DNA of 64,000 nt from positions 111,270 through 175,269 of the forward strand of contig CAYUQB010000001.1 of assembly GCA_964446735.1 (NCBI GenBank). Reading direction: 5' to 3'. The notes under the pieces are model-generated. The model did not search any database and was not told the origin of the DNA. It worked only from the letters and a program-made list of their open reading frames with translations. The DNA comes from an uncultured Candidatus Saccharibacteria bacterium (GTDB lineage Bacteria > Patescibacteriota > Minisyncoccia > Phycocordibacterales > Phycocordibacteraceae). This document shows positions 49,418-56,736 of the stretch, one piece after another; position 1 is the first letter of the stretch, and each line of letters opens with the position of its first letter. The position numbers and the translations under genes are program-made.

Positions 49418-50080
49418 CTAGCGGGAGAACGCAAAGGTTCCGACAACCGTATCAAGCGCAGCGTACGCAGCATCTAACGTCTCCTGCGGTATATCGTCTG
49501 GACTATCCGGATCATCCTCGTAGGACGCACCAGCAGCAATGTGTTCAACGGCATAGCAGGCACCCTCATGTATGACTCGGTAACTCATTCCTTTCACATA
49601 CTGCATCATGCCAGCGCTTTGAAATGAGAACACTTTGAATGGGGTGCCACCGAGCATACGGTCAGGAAGCTGTCGCTCTCCTTGTTCTGCTGCCGGCGTC
49701 TCACAGCGAGCTATCTCTGCCGGATCACGAGAGACACCGATGCGTATTTCCGCATCGAAATACCGAGGATAGGAATGCTCGGAGGCGGTGCGATAGCCGA
49801 TAAGAGCAATGACCGGTGTGCCGGTCCCGCTCGGGAGTGCGTTAGCACGCCAGGTGGCGGGAAGATGATAAAACGAGGTAAATGTTTCGTCAGTTTGGAA
49901 AGTTTCTGGATACCGAATAGTAAATCCATATTCACCACTCGCAAAAATTGCCTGCCCAGTAAGATCTTCACTTGGTGCGAACGTGGTATCGGGAAGCGCA
50001 AACAGAAGATACCACCCCACCCCGAGCACTACCGCAAGAATGATGGCGAGCGCAAGAAGCGCTTTCGTTGCGGTCGTCAT
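49418..50080 (-). CDS. hypothetical membrane-anchored protein (220 aa)
   Basis: N-terminal TM followed by a soluble domain. Confidence 0.5.
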   Translation of the reverse strand: MTTATKALLALAIILAVVLGVGWYLLFALPDTTFAPSEDLTGQAIFASGEYGFTIRYPETFQTDETFTSFYHLPATWRANALPSGTGTPVIALIGYRTASEHSYPRYFDAEIRIGVSRDPAEIARCETPAAEQGERQLPDRMLGGTPFKVFSFQSAGMMQYVKGMSYRVIHEGACYAVEHIAAGASYEDDPDSPDDIPQETLDAAYAALDTVVGTFAFSR

Positions 50081-50081
50081 G

Positions 50082-51083
50082 CTACTTAATATTCAAACCT
50101 CCCCCGGTTTGTGTCATCGACGTAGGGGCGCCTTGAGCTGTTAGGTTCGGAATAGCAACATCGATTTTTGGTGTGAGTGCACCCGTTGGGGAAAGTGAGG
50201 TAGGGGTAAGACGGAACTTAAACGTGGTCGTGGCAGCACGGGGTGGTACTTTCCCGAAACGTCCCGTGACCGGATGCTTGGCAGGTGTGGTGGTGGGCGC
50301 TGTGGCAACGGACTTTGCAGCCATAAGAGACACCTCGGCTGGTGCATCCGTTGGTAGTGAAGCATCTGCTACCGTCGCTGCCGTACTCTCTTCATCGGGA
50401 GTTTCGGTGACTACACTCGCTACCGAAGGACCGGTGCCGGAAATGCTTTCACTCGTCGCCACGACCGAGCGCAGGAGCTCCCTGCTCTGACTACTGTCTT
50501 TCGCGGTAACGGCACCAAGCGCTTGGGCCTCTCCGGCAAGCTGTGCTGCAAGCGCTGCCTTAACCTTACGGGCTGCGGAAAGGTCGCCACGCGCTGCGAG
50601 GTCATCGCTCTTACGAGCAGCGATCTGCACTCGCTCATCAAAGGCTTTCGAAAGATACGCCTGACGCTCCGGGGTGAGCGTTCCTCGTGTGGCAAGCGTC
50701 ACCGCTTCATCAATACGCCTCGTTGCGATATCAGCAGCAACCTGTGCCTGCCCGGAAGCCGTGGGCGAGAAGGCCGTCATCACTGGCTCGTTTACATGAA
50801 TCTTAAGTGCATACAAAGAATCTCCGGGTGCACTTCCTTCGGCAGCGAAGGTGACCGCGCTCCCTGCGACAAGAATAACGGCCAGCGCCGGGACCATGCG
50901 AGCGAAGCGACGAGACGCGAACACCGCAAAGAACCCGTCCGTGTACGAGGGAGACGTGTCTGATCCGTACACCGGATGCAAATCCGTGTACGAAACCAGG
51001 CGTTCACGCAGAGCAAGCCGTTCGTTATCAGAAAGGCGTACAGCGCGTAGGCGCGACAGGAATGTAGTAATGGGGTCAGTCAT
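50082..51083 (-). CDS. putative anti-sigma factor (single-pass, Ala-rich extracytoplasmic domain)
   Basis: 8-nt overlap with the ECF sigma gene. Cytoplasmic N-terminal about 50 aa, one TM, then an Ala/Thr-rich periplasmic region. Confidence 0.55.
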   Translation of the reverse strand: MTDPITTFLSRLRAVRLSDNERLALRERLVSYTDLHPVYGSDTSPSYTDGFFAVFASRRFARMVPALAVILVAGSAVTFAAEGSAPGDSLYALKIHVNEPVMTAFSPTASGQAQVAADIATRRIDEAVTLATRGTLTPERQAYLSKAFDERVQIAARKSDDLAARGDLSAARKVKAALAAQLAGEAQALGAVTAKDSSQSRELLRSVVATSESISGTGPSVASVVTETPDEESTAATVADASLPTDAPAEVSLMAAKSVATAPTTTPAKHPVTGRFGKVPPRAATTTFKFRLTPTSLSPTGALTPKIDVAIPNLTAQGAPTSMTQTGGGLNIK

Positions 51084-51582
51084 GGATATGGAGTCGGTCC
51101 TGGACCTTTTTTACGGCTCGATTGATACGTACCGACACAGCATTTGCGGTCTCGCCTGATAGGGCAGCTATCTCTTGAGGCGACATACCCTCCACAAATC
51201 GGAGCGTGAGCGCTTCACGTGCCGGTTCATCGAGTTCGCGCACCACGTCGAGTACCTCGCGCACTTCGGCATGCTCCTTGATGGAGCGATGATCGTCGCC
51301 CGCAAACTCGAACCCGTCCTCGGTGAGCGCATCGAGCGACCGTTCCTTGCGCTTCCGATACCAGTCAATCACAAGATTGCGCGCGATGGTATAGAGGAGC
51401 GCCCGGTCGTTCTCAACTATCACGCCACTTCGCAACTGCTGCCAGTAGCGCATGAAGGCGTCTTGGGAGAGATCAAGCGCGATTTCGCGGCTCGAAACTT
51501 TGAGCACGCAAAAGCGAAAGATATCGTCAGCGTACTGGTCGTAGACCGCAAGAAAATGGTCCTGGGCTTCGTCGTGGTCCAT
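51076..51582 (-). CDS. ECF (sigma-70 family group IV) sigma factor
   Basis: Region 2 (...DLSQDAFMRYWQQL...) and region 4 HTH (...LTLRFVEGMSPQEIAALSGETANAVSVRINRA...). Confidence 0.85.
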   Translation of the reverse strand: MDHDEAQDHFLAVYDQYADDIFRFCVLKVSSREIALDLSQDAFMRYWQQLRSGVIVENDRALLYTIARNLVIDWYRKRKERSLDALTEDGFEFAGDDHRSIKEHAEVREVLDVVRELDEPAREALTLRFVEGMSPQEIAALSGETANAVSVRINRAVKKVQDRLHIHD

Positions 51583-51658
51583 GGGGTATGACGGTCGGGC
51601 GCTGGTGTTCTTACCGCGCCTCGCACGTGTCCCCGCATTGTATCAAAGACAAGCGATA

Positions 51659-52267
51659 TTATCCGATCAGCTCTCGGATAATGGCGAGTATCTCCGCTTG
51701 TGTCGCTGGCGCCAGTGCCATGGAGGCGAGGTACCCTTCTGAGCTAAGTAGTGTGCGCACCCGTACTTCCAGTGCCGTCTTCATGCGATCTCTCTCTACA
51801 AGTGTCACCTTTCCGTACCACGGTTCGGTGAACTGTACGGAACCGGTCGAGGCAACACTCGCCCTCCTTGGAACCGACAACGTGACAAGCCCGAGCAATC
51901 GTCCCTGTTTGCGGTATTCCACTGATATCCCTTGAGACGAGAGGGTTATGGACTCTAATGCCGAGTCTTGGATAAGGGTGAGTCGAGCGTATGTCTCCAG
52001 CTCTTTAACGGTACGTATTGAAGAAGCAGGGGGAAGATTCGTGGTGGTCGTTGCGAGTTCTCCACTGCGCCTCACCACTACCGTTTTTTGGGTTGCATCT
52101 GGGAGCGTTGTGCCGCTCGTCGACGCCGTAACAGCACTTGTGGTAGTCGCGCTATCAGGCAGAGCCTGTGCGCTCGCCACCCTGGTCATGATGAACAAAC
52201 TCAGAAGACCCGCGATCATGAGCGCTGGAACGACGATGATTAAATCGAATACCGGATTACGAAACAT
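51659..52267 (-). CDS. hypothetical membrane-anchored protein (202 aa)
   Basis: N-terminal TM. Ser/Thr-rich linker. Confidence 0.5.
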   Translation of the reverse strand: MFRNPVFDLIIVVPALMIAGLLSLFIMTRVASAQALPDSATTTSAVTASTSGTTLPDATQKTVVVRRSGELATTTTNLPPASSIRTVKELETYARLTLIQDSALESITLSSQGISVEYRKQGRLLGLVTLSVPRRASVASTGSVQFTEPWYGKVTLVERDRMKTALEVRVRTLLSSEGYLASMALAPATQAEILAIIRELIG

Positions 52268-52309
52268 TACTTCAGTTGTACGCGTCTCTCCGTGAAGTAC
52301 CGGTTAACA

Positions 52310-52345
52310 GATGAAGCCCTCATCCGTTGGGATGAGGGCTTCATC
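52310..52345 (-). terminator. perfect 16-bp hairpin GATGAAGCCCTCATCC-gttg-GGATGAGGGCTTCATC (no U-tract)
   Basis: Lies 14 nt downstream of the 52359 stop on the minus strand. Confidence 0.4.
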
Positions 52346-52358
52346 AAAGAAGAATGCT

Positions 52359-52805
52359 CTATCGAGTCTTCTTAGTTTTCTTCTTCACCGCTTTCTTTGG
52401 TGCCGGCCGTGCCGCTTTCGTCACCTTCTTAACCGCACGTTTCATTGCAGGAGCAGGTTCCATTTCCTTCTTGATCTGTACCCAGTTCTTCTTGAGCTCG
52501 CGCACTGCCGAACGTACATCGCCAGCGGCAACACCTCGCACTCCCTGATATGCGGCGGCTGCGTCATCAACGACGCGGGCGACCGTCTTCGCATCGACTT
52601 TCTTAAGTGACTTCACCCCCTTCTCAACATCACGCTTGAGGCCCTTCGCCCAGACGCTTGCCGCCTGACGATGCTTCTTTGCATTCTTTGTGCCGTAGAA
52701 ATAGTAGCCAGCGGCTCCTGCAGCGGCAGCTGCGGCAAGCGCTGCAGCTCCAGCGGCAACCGCTCTCGTATTCGTCTTGCCTGTCGCCCGTTTCTTCGTT
52801 GCCAT
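52359..52805 (-). CDS. basic Ala/Lys-rich protein (148 aa, histone-H1-like composition)
   Basis: Poly-Ala stretch, KKxxKK repeats, C-terminal KKAVKKKTKKTR. Confidence 0.5.
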   Translation of the reverse strand: MATKKRATGKTNTRAVAAGAAALAAAAAAGAAGYYFYGTKNAKKHRQAASVWAKGLKRDVEKGVKSLKKVDAKTVARVVDDAAAAYQGVRGVAAGDVRSAVRELKKNWVQIKKEMEPAPAMKRAVKKVTKAARPAPKKAVKKKTKKTR

Positions 52806-52814
52806 GATTCTAGG

Positions 52815-53099
52815 TTAGGTAGTAGGTTCGGATCGCTTCGAGCGTTTGCGAGGTTTCTTAAGACCGATGAGGTCGAGGAAATGGGTGACACGGAGTCCCT
52901 CGTCTTTAACGCGGGCGCGCACGTCTTCAATATCCTTTCGGATCTGTCGTCCCTCCTCCTCAACCATCACCGAGATGTCCTCGACGTTCTTCAATATCCG
53001 AAGCACCCGGATGAGAATCACCGCAAGCAGAAGCGTTGTGATGACGACCGCGACAGTAGTCACCACAAAGAAGATATCCATCTTGAGGAAGTCATCCAT
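52815..53099 (-). CDS. small membrane-anchored coiled-coil protein (DUF948-like)
   Basis: N-terminal TM followed by a charged helix. Confidence 0.45.
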   Translation of the reverse strand: MDDFLKMDIFFVVTTVAVVITTLLLAVILIRVLRILKNVEDISVMVEEEGRQIRKDIEDVRARVKDEGLRVTHFLDLIGLKKPRKRSKRSEPTT

Positions 53100-53143
53100 G
53101 GGTACCTGTATGGTAGCGCACTAGATGGTGGGTTGTCCCCACC

Positions 53144-53377
53144 CTATACCTCCCGGACGAATACGAAACGTGGGCCTCGGTATCCGTACTCTGGTCTATC
53201 CACCTCCTCAAGGAACATCGCTTTGGGACGTACCACGTACGCAGCAGTCGCTCCCTCGTACAGCGGTCGATACACCACCATATCTTCTTCGGTTTCTGTG
53301 TGGTGTGCGATACCTAATACCTCATAGAGTTTCTCTGGATGTTTGAAGTGATAGTAGATGCCAGGTTTGGGTTCCAT
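53144..53377 (-). CDS. DUF1653-like small protein (77 aa)
   Basis: ...YYHFKHPEKLYEVLGIAHHTETEE..VVYRPLY... Confidence 0.45.
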   Translation of the reverse strand: MEPKPGIYYHFKHPEKLYEVLGIAHHTETEEDMVVYRPLYEGATAAYVVRPKAMFLEEVDRPEYGYRGPRFVFVREV

Positions 53378-53378
53378 A

Positions 53379-53792
53379 TCAGGAAGTATATAGGGTGCCA
53401 GCCAGCCAATTTTCTATGACCTTGCGACTTGCCGCGAACATCTCTGACGGTAAATCATGTGGATCATGCCAGTGCCAATTAGCGCTTTTCTCAGGTTCTG
53501 CAGCATACGGTTCGCCTGACTTCCATTCAACGAGTACACCGATGTTCACGTAGTGCTTGCCATAGTCACGCTCGTTGTAGACCGAGACAATGCCTTGCAC
53601 GAGGACATCCGTAAGTCCTGTCTCTTCCGCGAGTTCTCGTGTTGCCGTTTCTTCAAATGAATCACCGAATTCAAGATGGCCACCCGGGAGCTGCCAGGTA
53701 TTGGCTCCATGAGATGCACGTCGTTCTCCAAGAAGTACTAACCCGTCCTTAACGACCAGGACACCAATACCAACGTTCGGACGTTCGGTCAT
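53379..53792 (-). CDS. Nudix hydrolase (137 aa)
   Basis: Nudix box GGHLEFGDSFEETATRELAEETGL. Confidence 0.8.
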   Translation of the reverse strand: MTERPNVGIGVLVVKDGLVLLGERRASHGANTWQLPGGHLEFGDSFEETATRELAEETGLTDVLVQGIVSVYNERDYGKHYVNIGVLVEWKSGEPYAAEPEKSANWHWHDPHDLPSEMFAASRKVIENWLAGTLYTS

Positions 53793-54385
53793 GAAAGCGA
53801 TCGAATATCGGCAACAAGCTCTGGGAGCTCTGGCTGCTGGAAATGCTCGCGATCAGTAAAAGTGCGAACGGTTGCATCGGGGAGAAGATTGACGAACTTG
53901 GCGAGTTCGGAGAACGCTACGATAGGATCGTCCTCGCTGTGGTACAGAAAAAGATGCCCTCCCTGTTCACGCAGGAGTGCCAAGTCGTTCGTGACGTTAA
54001 AGTCATGGAGCGCACGATCCCCATCAGTATCAAACGGTGCAGCGACGAGATACGTTCCAAGGATGTGTGTATCGATCTTGTTTTCAGAAAGATACTTAGC
54101 AAGGAAGCTGCCACCGAGTGAATGCCCCACCAGAAGTACCGTCGGCTCAAGTTCTGGCAGGAGCTTTTCGAACCAAAGTTTCCATTCGGCATACTTGGCG
54201 TTCTGGGGGTTAGGCATCCTCGGGAGTACGACATCGTATAAGTCGCCGAGTGCAGCTTGAAGGCTTCCCTTCCAGCCTGATAGACGCAGGCGGTCGAGGT
54301 GGAGGATCGTCTCACACAGGTGCTTCCAAAACTCTTCGTACGTGGCAAACGAATCGCCCCCATGGATAACTACCACTTGTCTCAT
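53789..54385 (-). CDS. alpha/beta hydrolase, YdeN/RBBP9-like serine hydrolase family
   Basis: VVVIHGG...LLVGHSLGG nucleophile elbow. Start refined to MRQVVVIHG. Confidence 0.6.
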   Translation of the reverse strand: MRQVVVIHGGDSFATYEEFWKHLCETILHLDRLRLSGWKGSLQAALGDLYDVVLPRMPNPQNAKYAEWKLWFEKLLPELEPTVLLVGHSLGGSFLAKYLSENKIDTHILGTYLVAAPFDTDGDRALHDFNVTNDLALLREQGGHLFLYHSEDDPIVAFSELAKFVNLLPDATVRTFTDREHFQQPELPELVADIRSLS

Positions 54386-54492
54386 GCCGAAAGTATAGCA
54401 AGTGCACATCAGGAGTGCGTTTTCTTCTATCAAATCCCACGCCAAGCAGATACTATGTAGACATGACCAAAGCTCCTTCCTCTACATTTCCC

Positions 54493-55197
54493 ATGCGGAT
54501 CAATAAGTTTCTCGCACACAATGGTCATGCCACCAGGCGCGATGCAGATGCGCTTATCACAAAGGGTTTTGTCTATATAAACGGCAAGAAGGCCGAACTC
54601 GGCGACAAGGTACAGGAGAGCGATGAGATCGAGGTACGCACCCGCACCAAGCGCAGCTATATATACCTGGCATTCAATAAGCCCAAAGGGGTGGTGACGC
54701 TTGCAGAGGCGCGCGGCGATACCGATGTCATTGCTATGCTTCCCTCTGACTTACAACGCCTTCATCTTTTCCCGCTCGGGCGACTCGATAAGTCATCCTC
54801 TGGTCTCATCCTGCTTACCAACGATGGTCGCATTACTGACCGACTCCTTAATCCAGATCGTGACCACGAAAAAACATACGAGGTAACCACGAAGCTCCCC
54901 CTGCGACCCTCTTTTGCTGAACACATGGCGAAAGGCGTTTCCATCGAGGGATACCGAACAAGGCCCACCAAGGTGCAAGTTATTTCAGAAACGCGCTTTC
55001 GTATCACCCTTACGGAAGGTAAGAAGCATCAAATCAGACGTATGGTTGTTGCGATGCACAATGAGGTGAAGGATCTCAAACGTATCAGCATCATGAATGT
55101 GAAGTTGGGTTCGCTTCCCGCAGGCGAATATCGAAGACTGGAAGGTAAGGAACTCGCTACTTTCCTTGAGGCACTTGGGGTACCCACCATGACGTAG
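54493..55197 (+). CDS. RsuA/RluB-family rRNA pseudouridine synthase (S4 + catalytic domain)
   Basis: MRINKFLAHNG...RRDAD... (S4), ...PLGRLDKSSSGLILLTNDG... catalytic Asp motif and ...EKTYEV.... Start uncertain (54415 or 54463 also possible). Confidence 0.75.
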   Translation: MRINKFLAHNGHATRRDADALITKGFVYINGKKAELGDKVQESDEIEVRTRTKRSYIYLAFNKPKGVVTLAEARGDTDVIAMLPSDLQRLHLFPLGRLDKSSSGLILLTNDGRITDRLLNPDRDHEKTYEVTTKLPLRPSFAEHMAKGVSIEGYRTRPTKVQVISETRFRITLTEGKKHQIRRMVVAMHNEVKDLKRISIMNVKLGSLPAGEYRRLEGKELATFLEALGVPTMT

Positions 55198-55202
55198 GCT
55201 CG

Positions 55203-55646
55203 TTACGGGTACTCTGAATAAAATTCTCCACGTGCCATTCGTTCAAGTGAGTCGCGGACATACGTAACGGTGTTCTCTGGTAGCGCATCAAGACGTGTCC
55301 ACAGCAACTCATCGCATTTGTCTGGCTCTGCAATATGCGGTTCACCGTCCCACCGTTCGGTCATGAAGAAGAAGTCGACATAGTGTCCGAGCCCATCTTC
55401 GTTTGATGGATATGTAACATGTGCAAATTGTACGTCCGCTCGATTGATGTCAACGCCAACCTCTTCCTTTGCTTCGCGAATGGCGGCATCAAGGGGAAGT
55501 TCTCCCGGTTCAATGTGTCCGGCAGGTGGTTGATAGTTACCATCCTCGTATCCCGTATTGCATCTACGTGCGAGCAGGATCTCCCCTTCCCGCTTGAGGA
55601 TCATGTAGGCTGCAGGCGTTACGAAGTTTTTTGCATTTTCACTCAT
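55203..55646 (-). CDS. Nudix hydrolase (147 aa)
   Basis: Nudix box AGHIEPGELPLDAAIREAKEEVGV. Confidence 0.8.
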   Translation of the reverse strand: MSENAKNFVTPAAYMILKREGEILLARRCNTGYEDGNYQPPAGHIEPGELPLDAAIREAKEEVGVDINRADVQFAHVTYPSNEDGLGHYVDFFFMTERWDGEPHIAEPDKCDELLWTRLDALPENTVTYVRDSLERMARGEFYSEYP

Positions 55647-56719
55647 TGGTACTGAATGTAGATTGGTGCTGGCTGGAGTGAGAGCACCTCTTCTGGCGTG
55701 AGCAGTCGTGTCGAGGGAGCCTTCATATCGTTTTTGTAAAACAACTTGAATCCGGTGAACTGCACTGGCTCTGACTGCACTACCCGCTTATACGTATTGA
55801 TCTTCTTTGCGCCAAATCCCCAGCCGTCCATGTCCATGACAATCTGCACTTCAGGTTGCAGTTTAATGTTGCGGTATCCCGTCACCATGCCTTCGGTGAA
55901 GCGATGTATCACCAGGATCTTCGGCGGCACATTATTCTCCTGCACAATGCGTGCAAGGAAGCTGGTCGCGTAGTTGATATCAGTGGAGCTCATCGTACCG
56001 ATGACGCGGCCGGGTGGTGTTCCGTTATGCATGGCAAATTCCGGATCCACTCCGAGGTGCACATTGGGGAGCTTGAGATACGGCTCAAGACGCGGCAGCT
56101 CCCGAGGAAGGTCAGAGAGACCTACTTGTATATCGAGGAACACCAAGCCATTCACCTGTGCGGCAAGGTCGATAGCCTTTTGAATTTCCTTTTCGGGCAT
56201 GCGTAGTCGATACGTGCCGTCCGCTTGTGGGCTTGCTTGGGCAGTCGTCACAATGTAATGGATGGCAGGTACGACGGGAGTCTCGGGATCTGCCGCCTCC
56301 CATCGCTTCGATTCAGCACGCAACTTTTCAAGCATTACGTGCGGTTCATACTCCCCGAGCACCCCCATGCGCGTGGAATAGAAATTACCGTAGTAGGCGA
56401 CAATGCGCTTGAACGGAAGTATCGCACCTGCTTTCGGATACGGACCTTTGACCGGCCATGCTCGAGTCGAGGTTCCAGTAGAGGTGCCGTAATTCGCGAG
56501 CTTCTCCATCCGCCGGTCGTACTCCTTGGTATCAAGCGTCGGGACCGTTGGCTTAGGCTTTAATAACGAAGTGAGTGTCGAGGTCGCCTGAGCTTCTGCA
56601 CGGTCATAACGCCCAGCAAAAAGCTCCGGGAGAAGTACGAAGTACAGGACAAGACACGCGAGGATAACTCCTACGCCGATGATAGTCCCGCGATGCGACT
56701 TTGGAGCGTCTTTGGCCAT
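55643..56719 (-). CDS. hypothetical membrane-anchored extracytoplasmic protein (358 aa)
   Basis: N-terminal TM and a large soluble domain that may be a TIM-barrel glycoside-hydrolase-like fold. Not assignable. Confidence 0.5.
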   Translation of the reverse strand: MAKDAPKSHRGTIIGVGVILACLVLYFVLLPELFAGRYDRAEAQATSTLTSLLKPKPTVPTLDTKEYDRRMEKLANYGTSTGTSTRAWPVKGPYPKAGAILPFKRIVAYYGNFYSTRMGVLGEYEPHVMLEKLRAESKRWEAADPETPVVPAIHYIVTTAQASPQADGTYRLRMPEKEIQKAIDLAAQVNGLVFLDIQVGLSDLPRELPRLEPYLKLPNVHLGVDPEFAMHNGTPPGRVIGTMSSTDINYATSFLARIVQENNVPPKILVIHRFTEGMVTGYRNIKLQPEVQIVMDMDGWGFGAKKINTYKRVVQSEPVQFTGFKLFYKNDMKAPSTRLLTPEEVLSLQPAPIYIQYQ

Positions 56720-56736
56720 CGCTCCATTCTACGGTA

